Positions 19,635 to 28,621 of a stretch of 64,000 bases of DNA are shown one piece after another. This DNA comes from Minisyncoccota bacterium (GTDB lineage Bacteria > Patescibacteriota > Minisyncoccia > UBA6257 > 2-01-FULL-56-20), in assembly GCA_035509435.1 (NCBI GenBank), contig DATJLR010000002.1:69774-133773 (forward strand), in the 5' to 3' direction. The first letter of the stretch is position 1. Each line of letters starts with the position of its first letter. Under the pieces are notes generated by a model. It was not told where the DNA came from. It ran no database searches and saw only the letters and a list, made by a program, of their open reading frames with translations. The position numbers were made by a program, and so were the translations under genes.

Positions 19635-19659
19635 AAAATACCCCCGAAGGGGTATTTTT
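19635..19659 (-). terminator. Hairpin terminator downstream of the RRM gene (possibly bidirectional)
   Basis: AAAAATACCCC-gaa-GGGGTATTTTT, a perfect stem flanked by A/T runs on both sides. Confidence 0.65.
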
Positions 19660-19678
19660 GATGAGCAGACCCGAAGGC

Positions 19679-19984
19679 CTACTGCCAATCCCTGCCGCCG
19701 CCGCCGAAACTGTTTTCGCGGCGAGGAGGACGGGCCTCGAGAGGCTTGGCCTCGTTCACGGTGAGCTTGCGCCCGCCGAAATCCTGGCCGTTCCACATTT
19801 CGATCGCCTTCTGGGCGTCGTCATCGGAACCCATCTCGACGAAACCGAATCCGCGCGAGCGGCCGGTCATCTTGTCCATGATGATGCTTGCGGACACGAC
19901 GGCACCCGCCTTCGCGAACGCTTCCTGCAACTCATCCTGGCTGGTCGAGTAGGGAAGACCTCCAACGTATAATTTTGTAGCCAT
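19679..19984 (-). CDS. RNA-binding protein with RRM domain
   Basis: RNP2 LYVGGL and RNP1 RGFGFVEM. Gly-rich C-terminal tail. 101 aa. Confidence 0.85.
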   Translation of the reverse strand: MATKLYVGGLPYSTSQDELQEAFAKAGAVVSASIIMDKMTGRSRGFGFVEMGSDDDAQKAIEMWNGQDFGGRKLTVNEAKPLEARPPRRENSFGGGGRDWQ

Positions 19985-20115
19985 TCAAATGCTAGTGATG
20001 TGTAAGGCGACCTCCTTCTCCTCTGCTCCTGCGCCGACGTATTGTGGCCAGTGGAAACTTAGTAAGAACACTTACATCACTTGCCATTATACCATAACCT
20101 TCCCCAAAACCGCAA

Positions 20116-20961
20116 ATGCCGGTTAATATGGATTTAATGTCCGGAAACCCCACGATCGCGCAGTTTAAAAGGACCATATGGGCGCATTATCGCCGCACAG
20201 GACGCGCCACGCTGCCGTGGCGGCACACCCGCGACCCGTATGCCATCTTTATTTCCGAGGTCATGCTCCAGCAGACGCAGGTCACGCGCGTGGAGGGCTA
20301 CTATGCGAAATGGCTCGCCCGCTTTCCGGATTTTAGCGCGCTTGCCCGGGCGCGGACGGCAGACGTGCTTGCCGTATGGCAGGGGCTTGGCTATAACCGC
20401 CGGGCGCTGTTTTTGAAAAGAGCGGCGGAGATCGTCGTGAAGAAATATGGCGGCAGCTTGCCGCGCGATCGCGCGGCGCTCCAGGCGTTGCCCGGCATCG
20501 GAAAAGGAACTTCAGGATCGCTGATGGTATTTGCGTTCGATGAACCGGAGGTGTTCATAGAGACGAACATCCGCCGCGTCTTCATTCATTTTTTCTTTCC
20601 GAGAAAAAAATATGTAACCGATGCGGAATTGGAACGTTATATCAAAAGCAGCCTCGATCGGAAACGTCCGCGAGAATGGTATTGGGCGCTCATGGACTGT
20701 GGAGCGGCAATGAAGCGTGAAAATCCCAATCGCCGGAGCGCGCACTATAAAAAGCAGGCGAAGTTCGAGGGCTCGCAACGGCAATTGAGAGGCAGGCTGC
20801 TTCGTCTCATGGTTTCTGCGCCCAAAAGGGGTGAAATAGATGTTCGTGAGCTTCCGGCGATGATCGGTGTAGCCACGGCGAGGATCCGAAAGGCGATAGT
20901 CGGGCTTGAAAAAGAAGGATTTATCGTAAGGAAAGGATATTATATTTGTATTAAAACATGA
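20116..20961 (+). CDS. HhH-GPD superfamily DNA glycosylase (Nth/MutY-like, no obvious 4Fe-4S Cys cluster)
   Basis: VMLQQTQV, helix-hairpin-helix LPGIGKGTSG and catalytic Asp region. Only a single Cys near the C-terminus, so the FeS cluster is probably absent. Confidence 0.8.
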   Translation: MPVNMDLMSGNPTIAQFKRTIWAHYRRTGRATLPWRHTRDPYAIFISEVMLQQTQVTRVEGYYAKWLARFPDFSALARARTADVLAVWQGLGYNRRALFLKRAAEIVVKKYGGSLPRDRAALQALPGIGKGTSGSLMVFAFDEPEVFIETNIRRVFIHFFFPRKKYVTDAELERYIKSSLDRKRPREWYWALMDCGAAMKRENPNRRSAHYKKQAKFEGSQRQLRGRLLRLMVSAPKRGEIDVRELPAMIGVATARIRKAIVGLEKEGFIVRKGYYICIKT

Positions 20962-22154
20962 CAATGAAGCGCAACTTGATCATTTCCGGAGCCATTGCCC
21001 TTGCGCTTGGGGCGGCGCCTTTTTTTGCCTCCGCGGCGACGGCCGTTAAGACCCCCTTTTATTATGGCGCGTGGATCCCGTATTGGACGGGCCAGGCCGG
21101 CGAACAGCAGGTTTCCGTCAATCTGGACTCCCTGAACGAAGTGAGCCCGTTCTCATATGAGATCGTGGATGGAGGGACCATTCAGGATGACCTCGGCATC
21201 AATAAAGGATTGTGGACCGCGTGGATCCAGGCGGTACAGTCGGGTGGTGTCAAAGTGATCCCGACGATCGCGTGGTTCGACACGAACGGCATTTACAACC
21301 TGCTTTCAAATGGAACCGCCCGGCGCGCGGAAGAGACAAGCATCGCCGCGCTCGCGAAGACGGACAGTTTTGATGGCATCGACATCGACTTTGAGGCAAT
21401 GTCCACCTCTACGCGTCCCTACTACTCGCTGTTTATAGAAGGACTTTCCGATCGGCTCCATGCAGAAGGCAAGGTGCTCACGTGTTCCGTGGTGCCGCGT
21501 GATTTCCCAAGCTCGGTCTATGTCGCCGTTCCGCAGGATCTCACGTACGCCGAATCATATCCGGTGCTCAATCAGTATTGCGACGAGGTGCGCCTGGAGG
21601 CATATGACCAGGGGACGACAGACCGCGTGCTTGAAGCGCAAAAAGGACAGGACGGCACGCTCTATGCGCCGGTCGCGGATCCCGATTGGACGGCGAAGAT
21701 CATCCAGTACGCACTGCAGTATATCAATCCCAAGAAGATCATGCTTGGCATACCCACCTACGGCTACGAGTACGAGGTCTCATGGAGCAACGATGTAACG
21801 ACATATCAGGAGGTCCGTTCGTGGGATTTCTTCGGCGCGATGGACCGCGCGGATTCGCTCGGCATTGTTCCGGTACGCGACAACGCGGGTGAGCTCAGTT
21901 TCACATTCACGTCGAGTACCTACATCCAGGAACCCCTTGACCTCACATCATACGTTTCATCCACGGAGCCGGCGGTGCTCGCCACGCATGACCCGAACGC
22001 ATCCACCACGTTCTTTGTGACGTTCCCCGACGCCACATCCGAAATGAACATGGTGAACCTCGCAAAGCAATACGGCCTCCGTGGCGTGATGTTCTTCAAG
22101 GCGGACGGCGATATTGACCCTGCGATTTGGGGAGATATCAGCGCGGCGCAGTAG
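20958..22154 (+). CDS. Secreted glycoside hydrolase family 18 (chitinase-like)
   Basis: Signal peptide, then the FDGIDIDFE catalytic motif (DxxDxDxE). 398 aa. Confidence 0.85.
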   Translation: MTMKRNLIISGAIALALGAAPFFASAATAVKTPFYYGAWIPYWTGQAGEQQVSVNLDSLNEVSPFSYEIVDGGTIQDDLGINKGLWTAWIQAVQSGGVKVIPTIAWFDTNGIYNLLSNGTARRAEETSIAALAKTDSFDGIDIDFEAMSTSTRPYYSLFIEGLSDRLHAEGKVLTCSVVPRDFPSSVYVAVPQDLTYAESYPVLNQYCDEVRLEAYDQGTTDRVLEAQKGQDGTLYAPVADPDWTAKIIQYALQYINPKKIMLGIPTYGYEYEVSWSNDVTTYQEVRSWDFFGAMDRADSLGIVPVRDNAGELSFTFTSSTYIQEPLDLTSYVSSTEPAVLATHDPNASTTFFVTFPDATSEMNMVNLAKQYGLRGVMFFKADGDIDPAIWGDISAAQ

Positions 22155-22155
22155 G

Positions 22156-22776
22156 CTATTTGCCTTCGGCTTCCTTCTTCATAGTCTCTGAATAGATCAA
22201 TATGCGGTCGCGACCGCGATCGATCGTGCCATCCTCTCGCGCCTTATCCTCTTTTGCGACATACAGGGCCGTGTCGGCGCGCTCGATGGCGTCTTTGACG
22301 CTCTCTCCGGGATTGAGCTGCGTAAGCCCTCCACTGAAAGTGATCGGGATCTTTTCGCCGTCCAATTCAGTGGTGAACCCCAGCCTGACCTTCTCTTTGA
22401 ACCGCTCCACATCGGCGTTCTTTAAGAACACCACGATCTCCTCGCCGCCGATGCGCGCGATGAAGTCGCCTTCGCGGAACTGGCTTTTGAGATATTCTCC
22501 GGCTTCGCGCAAAATGCGATCGCCGCCCGAGTGGCCTTCCTGGAAGGCATCGTTCACGATCTTAAAGTTATCGATATCAAGCAGAAGTACGGCATCCGGG
22601 CTTTCCTCGCGCTTTTCGTTGTATGCATTGCGGTTCGCGATGCCCATCAGGGAATCGGTATATGCGATGTTCCTCAGGCGTTCATTTTCTTCCCGCAAGG
22701 CCGTGTTTTCCGTTTTTAGCCGCACTACCTCCTGCTGCTCGGGGGTCGTCGGCGATTCCAATACTTCCGGTGCCAT
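22156..22776 (-). CDS. GGDEF diguanylate cyclase with N-terminal coiled-coil
   Basis: RIGGEEIVVF (GGEEF active site) with upstream RxxD-like context. 206 aa. Confidence 0.85.
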   Translation of the reverse strand: MAPEVLESPTTPEQQEVVRLKTENTALREENERLRNIAYTDSLMGIANRNAYNEKREESPDAVLLLDIDNFKIVNDAFQEGHSGGDRILREAGEYLKSQFREGDFIARIGGEEIVVFLKNADVERFKEKVRLGFTTELDGEKIPITFSGGLTQLNPGESVKDAIERADTALYVAKEDKAREDGTIDRGRDRILIYSETMKKEAEGK

Positions 22777-22891
22777 GGATTTATTATGGTTTATTTATGA
22801 AAATTATATGCCGTGTGGCAAAAAAATAACAGCGCCCGGGTGCGTGGTTCGGGCGCTGGGGTGGACGGTTGTCCTCCATTGTTCAAATCGG

Positions 22892-23221
22892 TCAGGAATG
22901 TTTTATTCTCGCAAGGCGCCGCTCCTCAAAGCTCTCCATGCGGCCTTCTGCTTTCTCGCATGACGCCGAGAGCCGCTCCATGAGCTCGCGTACTTTCCGG
23001 AACCGTTCTCCGGGATGTGCCGTCTGGGGATAGTGCTTGTGCAGGGCTTCAAGGTATCCGTATGCTTCGGTGATTTTCGCTATGGCATCCACGATCCGTT
23101 CTTCCGGATCCGTTTCGGCCGGGCCCATATCAAAAAAAAGTTTTTTGATGTCCTGTGTCATCGTTTTGAGCCGGCTCCGGCAGAAAACGGTGGCTGCTTC
23201 CGTGCGGCTTTCGGTTATCAT
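22892..23221 (-). CDS. Hypothetical protein
   Basis: 109-aa ORF in an operon-like position between the GGDEF gene and the large fusion gene. No recognisable motif. Confidence 0.4.
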   Translation of the reverse strand: MITESRTEAATVFCRSRLKTMTQDIKKLFFDMGPAETDPEERIVDAIAKITEAYGYLEALHKHYPQTAHPGERFRKVRELMERLSASCEKAEGRMESFEERRLARIKHS

Positions 23222-23258
23222 ATCCCTCCCTCCTCTCCGTCCTTTGAAAGGACTGATT

Positions 23259-25232
23259 TCAGGGTAGCGGATTTTGCGCCGGCGCGCCAGACGGCCTGGA
23301 GGCGCTGTAATACTTAAGGAAAAGAAGGGCTTCGTCGCGATCTTTAACGGCCCGCGCCGCGCCGGTTTCGAGCGTTTTGAGTTCGATTTCCAGGAAGGGC
23401 GCGTTATGGAAAAGGTGAGAGCGTTCCCGTGAGTGCCTTGCGGCGACGATATGGGATCGTATCACGTCCACGGTTTCATCAATGACCTCTTCCCAGAATA
23501 TTTTTTTAAGGGCGGGGATTATCTCCGTGATGGATGCGTTCGTTGCGCGTTCCGGGCATTGCTTCCGAAATCGTCGCGCTACGAGCGTGCCAATGCTTGT
23601 CATGCGGCCTCGCAGCAGATCATCGATCCAGTCATGTGCATCATCATGAAGTTGCCGCGCGATAAGGTAATGATGGAACATCAGTTCGACTCCCCGACAC
23701 TCCTCCGACCCCGGGTCATATCCCAAAAACAGCAGTTCGGCGAGCGGGCCCATTGCGTGCCCGATGCTGCGGTCAGCGAGACGTTCATATGCGTTGAACA
23801 AAGGCAGATTTTTAGGGAGTGTTCCTTGGCCGCCTGCCGGGATGCGGCAATGGTTTTGCTCCCACGCATTCGCATCATCAACGCGATCCATTATCCTTTT
23901 AAAGAGTTCACGCGCGCCTTGTATGCGTCCGTCGAGCGTGGCATAGATGTCCCCAACGGACCGCAAAAAGAAGTTTGCGTATGGAATAAGGGAGGCGTCG
24001 CTCTCGTCGTCCATGACATCGTCATAAATTGAATATGCGGCCCAGCCATAGAGATTTCCGAGCGAAAGTGATGCGATGATGTCTGACGGAATGGCTGCGG
24101 CATCTTTCCCTAGTGCCGCTTGGAATTCGTATGCCAATAAAGCGATCTTTCCGTCGGATATTTTTCCGATCTCGGCGAGTGCGGCGGAACGTAGTTCTGT
24201 TCCCGCGGTGGCACAGGCAGCCTTCAGTGCGGGTATCGTTGCGGGTATTTCCTTCGGAACGGCCGCGTTTTCCGCTTTCGCGCACAGCGCAAGCGCTTCA
24301 GCGCAGAATGCTGCGGTAAGCGCTGACGATCCCGCGTATGACCGCTTACCGTCACGCGTCGGATCGATGCAGAATGCATATGGTCGGAATCCTTCCCACG
24401 CCAGTTTTTTTATGAGGGAATCGATCATCCAGGAGGGGATCGCGTCCGCGCGACCGAGATTTACGAGCGATGAGATCGCCATTGAGCATTCAAGGGGCGT
24501 GGCCTTTTTGCCGTCTTCGCCCATGAGCCGCTCCTCAATGACGCGTGCCAGTTGTTGTCGCGCGTCAATGTTTTTATTCGGAAGGGCGTTATAGAAACGC
24601 GAGAAGAAGTAGCCTACATGGAAGATTCCCGGATAGTACGGTGATGTGATGCGGTTTTCTCTTACTGCGGCATCAACGAAGCGGGTCAGGTTCGGAAGGT
24701 GGACGCCGACCGATGAAAGGAAATAGCCGATCGTGCTGTTTACCACCGGATCGATGTCACGCCATGCCAAGGGCGCGCTGGCGTTCACGATCCACGTCCG
24801 ATAGGGGCCGCCCTCCTGTGCTTCGAGCGCGATGAGGAGTTTTGCAAGGGCAGCGAACGCTTCGCCGCCGATATACGAGGGGATATATCGTACCAGCGCC
24901 GCCAGGGCGGTGAACGTGTCGTCAAGATCGTCCGGATAAGGAAGCGTCCTGTTCTCGTCCGTATCACGCGCCCAATAGTTGAACGACCATGCATCGTTCT
25001 TTTGTGAAAGAAGAAAGCGCGCCGCCGCGTCTTGCGTCGGGTCGCGGCTCTTCGCGGAGCTGCGAAGGCAGTTCAGGATGGTTGCGGTAAAAAATGTCGT
25101 ATGACGGGAGATGCCGTCAGAAAGGTCCTCGTGATCGAAACCGGAAACATTTTTGAAGCTTCCATCAAGGGATTGGCATTTTTGGATGTGCCGGAGCGCG
25201 TTGTAGGTTATGGTGGCGTGCGTCGGATTCAT
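23259..25232 (-). CDS. Two-domain terpenoid-enzyme-like protein: N-terminal class II terpene cyclase/prenyltransferase alpha-alpha toroid (DxDDT, QW-like motifs) + C-terminal class I isoprenoid synthase-like domain (DDxxD motifs)
   Basis: N-terminal QSLDGSF and QKNDAWSFNYW QW-like repeats and PYPDDLDDTFTALAAL (DxDDTA-like). C-terminal YSIYDDVMDDESD and LHDDAHDWIDD Asp-rich motifs ~130 aa apart. 657 aa. The start overlaps the HK stop by 68 nt and may be a downstream alternative start. Confidence 0.55.
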   Translation of the reverse strand: MNPTHATITYNALRHIQKCQSLDGSFKNVSGFDHEDLSDGISRHTTFFTATILNCLRSSAKSRDPTQDAAARFLLSQKNDAWSFNYWARDTDENRTLPYPDDLDDTFTALAALVRYIPSYIGGEAFAALAKLLIALEAQEGGPYRTWIVNASAPLAWRDIDPVVNSTIGYFLSSVGVHLPNLTRFVDAAVRENRITSPYYPGIFHVGYFFSRFYNALPNKNIDARQQLARVIEERLMGEDGKKATPLECSMAISSLVNLGRADAIPSWMIDSLIKKLAWEGFRPYAFCIDPTRDGKRSYAGSSALTAAFCAEALALCAKAENAAVPKEIPATIPALKAACATAGTELRSAALAEIGKISDGKIALLAYEFQAALGKDAAAIPSDIIASLSLGNLYGWAAYSIYDDVMDDESDASLIPYANFFLRSVGDIYATLDGRIQGARELFKRIMDRVDDANAWEQNHCRIPAGGQGTLPKNLPLFNAYERLADRSIGHAMGPLAELLFLGYDPGSEECRGVELMFHHYLIARQLHDDAHDWIDDLLRGRMTSIGTLVARRFRKQCPERATNASITEIIPALKKIFWEEVIDETVDVIRSHIVAARHSRERSHLFHNAPFLEIELKTLETGAARAVKDRDEALLFLKYYSASRPSGAPAQNPLP

Positions 25233-26553
25233 GGCGTATGGGAAATGTGACGGTAAATGTGGAGCCGGCGGCCGGCGTACTCGCGACGCTTATCGTGCCG
25301 CCAAGCTCCTCTTTTATTATTTTTTGCACCGTTGCGAGGCCGATGCCGATCCCTTTGTGCGCCTCTTTTGTGGTGAAGAACGGCTCAAATATTTTATCGG
25401 CGACGGCAGGCGTCATGCCGCAACCGTTATCTTCTACGCGGAGGGCGGCCATTCCGTCGTGTTCTTCCATACTGATATTGACGTGCCTCAGGCGAACATC
25501 TTTTTGGGGGAGTTGTTCGTACGACTCGATGGCATTGAAAAGAAGATTGATGATGACCTCTTGGAATTTATACGGCACACCGAAATAGCGGATATCCATC
25601 TTTGGAATATGGGAGAGCCCGATGCGCACGCCCTCCTTGTTTGCTTTGTGGTTGACCAGCTGGACCGCATGGCCGATCGCCTCTTTGAGGGAAAAGGATT
25701 CCCTGGCGTCGGCGTTTCCGATCTGCTTGCGTACCGCCTGCATGAATCCTTCGATCTGCCGTGCGGTATTTCTGGCGCTTGCGAGCGAGGGATCTTCTTC
25801 GTCGTCATTCCGGAGCGAGAGCGCGTTCAGAAGATTTAAGAGGTCGTGGAAGAGACCCGATGACAGCTGTCCGAGTTCTGCAAGGCGATTCAACTGTTGC
25901 ATTTTCTCAAGCTGGGTCCGGCGCAGTTCTTCGGTGCGTTCCCCGACCTTCACCTCCAGCAGGTCCCGTTCCTCCCGGAGCGCCTTCTCGGAATCGTGCG
26001 CACGGCGGAGCGATCGATGAACCTCGCGTTCGTACAGCCACGCAACGGTCATGATAAGAAGGTACAGCACCGAGAAAACGATCGCGTCATCGGCGGTGGG
26101 GCGAGGGACCTGTGTGGCAACGATGCCATGGATCTGGGCATACCAGAGGGGGATGATGAATGCCGCAACGGCGCCGGTGGTGGCGAACCCGAACTGGGTC
26201 CCGCGGAGGATGGTCGCCATGACGATGATGAGCGCATAGGCGATCAGGACCACCTGCATGCCGACGCCGTATCGATATGCGGCATAACTGTTGCTTACGA
26301 AGTATGCCCCGACAAACAGGAATGAGACCACCCGCGGAGATCCGCGGCGCGAAAGGACATACAGAAGGATGAAGAAGGCGGGCAGTACCGAGAATGCGGC
26401 GAACGGGACATCGTGATATGCGGCACCGTCCTGTACGGAATGGAAAAGCACGAATGCGTCGAGGGTCGAGAGCATAAGCACCGATCCGACCAAAAGGACG
26501 TTCAGGATGTTCTTTCTTCTTGGAAGGTCTTCATCCATCGTTCTTAGTCCCAC
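25165..26553 (-). CDS. Sensor histidine kinase (multi-TM sensor, HisKA + HATPase_c)
   Basis: ~6 N-terminal TM helices, H-box LSSGLFHDLLNLLNAL, N-box LLFNAIESY, G boxes EDNGCGM and GIGIGL. 462 aa. Confidence 0.85.
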   Translation of the reverse strand: MGLRTMDEDLPRRKNILNVLLVGSVLMLSTLDAFVLFHSVQDGAAYHDVPFAAFSVLPAFFILLYVLSRRGSPRVVSFLFVGAYFVSNSYAAYRYGVGMQVVLIAYALIIVMATILRGTQFGFATTGAVAAFIIPLWYAQIHGIVATQVPRPTADDAIVFSVLYLLIMTVAWLYEREVHRSLRRAHDSEKALREERDLLEVKVGERTEELRRTQLEKMQQLNRLAELGQLSSGLFHDLLNLLNALSLRNDDEEDPSLASARNTARQIEGFMQAVRKQIGNADARESFSLKEAIGHAVQLVNHKANKEGVRIGLSHIPKMDIRYFGVPYKFQEVIINLLFNAIESYEQLPQKDVRLRHVNISMEEHDGMAALRVEDNGCGMTPAVADKIFEPFFTTKEAHKGIGIGLATVQKIIKEELGGTISVASTPAAGSTFTVTFPIRHESDARHHNLQRAPAHPKMPIP

Positions 26554-26711
26554 GATTCGAATTCGTTCTGCGCCGCTGCAAGCGCTTCTGTTCCTTCCGG
26601 CACGCGTGCCAATGGATCAGTGAGCACTTTTTCCAGTAATGTATTCATGCTATGTAACGTGGATTTTTCGACCTTTCCCACGCATTATACTCAGGGAGGA
26701 TTAAATATATC

Positions 26712-27407
26712 TTAAGTTGAACGCGGTCCGGAAACATATGCTTTTCCGACGATGAATCCGCGGCCAGGGACCGTATGGATAAAGGCATCCTTGTCACGCC
26801 GGTCGATCTTTCGCCGGAGGTTCATGACATGCATATCGATGCTTTTGGAGAACTGGTCCGCGCTGTCGTCCCAGACATGCTCCAGGATCATGCCGCGCGA
26901 GACCACTGTGCCCGCGTTGCGCATAAGATATTCAAGCAGCATGAACTCCTTCGGCGTGAGGCGCGTCGTTCTTTCGCGGAAGGTGAACGAATATGTTTTT
27001 GCATCAAGCGAAAGGTCTTCGACCACGAGCGCCTTCGCGTGGATGTTCTGCGGACGGCGCAAAAGCGCCTTCACGCGCGCGGCAAGCTCGCTCCATACAT
27101 ATGGCTTGGTGAGATAATCGTCCGCGCCGCAATTGAGCAGCTGTACTTTGTCCTCGATCTCTGCCGCAGCGCTCAATATGAGTATCGGGGCCGCCATGTT
27201 GTATTCCCGAAGGGCCGAACAGATCTCGTATCCGTCCTTTCCCGGCAGAGTTTTATCGAGGAGAATGAGGTCGTAATCGTTCGTGCGTGCTTTATAAAAT
27301 CCTTTCTCGCCGTCGTGCTCCACGTCCACGGCGTAGCATTCCGCCTCGAGCTTGCGCTTCAAGGTCGCGGCAGTTTCTTCCTGGTCTTCGACCACGAGGA
27401 TCCTCAT
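26712..27407 (-). CDS. OmpR/PhoB-family response regulator
   Basis: Receiver domain (MRILVVEDQ, phospho-acceptor D in LILLDKTLPGKDG) and winged-helix trans_reg_C (LTPKEFMLLEYLMRNAGTVVSR). 231 aa. Confidence 0.9.
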   Translation of the reverse strand: MRILVVEDQEETAATLKRKLEAECYAVDVEHDGEKGFYKARTNDYDLILLDKTLPGKDGYEICSALREYNMAAPILILSAAAEIEDKVQLLNCGADDYLTKPYVWSELAARVKALLRRPQNIHAKALVVEDLSLDAKTYSFTFRERTTRLTPKEFMLLEYLMRNAGTVVSRGMILEHVWDDSADQFSKSIDMHVMNLRRKIDRRDKDAFIHTVPGRGFIVGKAYVSGPRST

Positions 27408-27759
27408 GGGGATTGGGTTTCAATAAGTATACACTAAGTCGGCCGAGCTTGTGGACCTGCCGGGACGTGCGCCCGGTTCTCCGTTTGGCAAAATCGGTAT
27501 CCTACTACATAGACGACAGGCCCGCGATCCACAAGCATAGGCACCCTACCATGATGATCATTAAAACTATTTTAAACGCCTGCAAAACATAAATGACCAC
27601 GATAAAGTGGTCATTTATGCGCCAAACGGATATGAACCCGCCATCTTGCGGATCACCGATTTCATAGATAATAATAAGCTTCTTTTGAGCAATGTCAAAA
27701 GATTTTTAATGATTTTTTAATGTTCTCGCGGGGGTGGGGGAGCGTGGTACAATCAAGGA

Positions 27760-28614
27760 ATGACCGGCGGCGTATTCGATGCACAGGGCCCCGTGGCGCT
27801 CGACGAACGGAATTTGATCATTCTGGCCGTCATCCTTATGCTGCTTGTGGCGATCCCGATGCTCGCGCTGCTCTACACCTTTGCGTGGAAGTACCGCGCG
27901 GGGCGCAAGGATCCGGCAAAATATGAGCCGGAGCACGCGGGCAGCGCGCCGAAACAACTGCTCTGGTGGATCATCCCGGCGATCATCATCGCGACGCTCG
28001 GCGTGATCGACTGGCAGAGCACGCATGCACTTGACCCGTACAAGCCGATCGTGTCCAGCAACCCGCCGCTTACGATCGAGGTGGTGGCGCTTGAGTGGAA
28101 GTGGCTCTTTATCTATCCGCAGCAGGGGATCGCGACGGTCAACTATATTCAGTTTCCCGCGGACACGCCGGTGCATTTTATGCTGACGGCGGACGCGCCG
28201 ATGAGCTCGTTCTGGATCCCGCAGCTTGGCAGCCAGATTTACGCGATGGCCGCGATGCAGACCCAGCTGTACCTTGAGGCGAGCACGACCGGCGAGTACA
28301 CCGGCAAGGACACGGAGATCAACGGCGCGGGATACGCGGGAATGACCTTCACGGCAAAGTCCACCTCGCTTGACGACTTCAACGCCTGGGTGGCATCGGT
28401 CAAAAATTCTTCCAATACGCTTACGCTAGCCGATTACAATAGCGACCTGATGCCGTCGAGCACGGACAATCCCGTGGTGTTCTATTCCTCCGTCGATCCG
28501 AATTTGTATGATACGATATTGGTAAAGTACATGATCCCGCCGCCGAGCACTTCTACGTCGGCTTCGGGGTCGTCACCGTCAGCGCCGGACGCCATGCCGG
28601 GCATGTCAATGTAA
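27760..28614 (+). CDS. cyoA: Cytochrome bo3-type quinol oxidase subunit II (CyoA-like; CuA ligands absent)
   Basis: Two TM helices, then a cupredoxin domain (FWIPQLG) lacking the CxxxC CuA cysteines, as in quinol oxidases. Confidence 0.85.
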   Translation: MTGGVFDAQGPVALDERNLIILAVILMLLVAIPMLALLYTFAWKYRAGRKDPAKYEPEHAGSAPKQLLWWIIPAIIIATLGVIDWQSTHALDPYKPIVSSNPPLTIEVVALEWKWLFIYPQQGIATVNYIQFPADTPVHFMLTADAPMSSFWIPQLGSQIYAMAAMQTQLYLEASTTGEYTGKDTEINGAGYAGMTFTAKSTSLDDFNAWVASVKNSSNTLTLADYNSDLMPSSTDNPVVFYSSVDPNLYDTILVKYMIPPPSTSTSASGSSPSAPDAMPGMSM

Positions 28615-28621
28615 ACGAATC

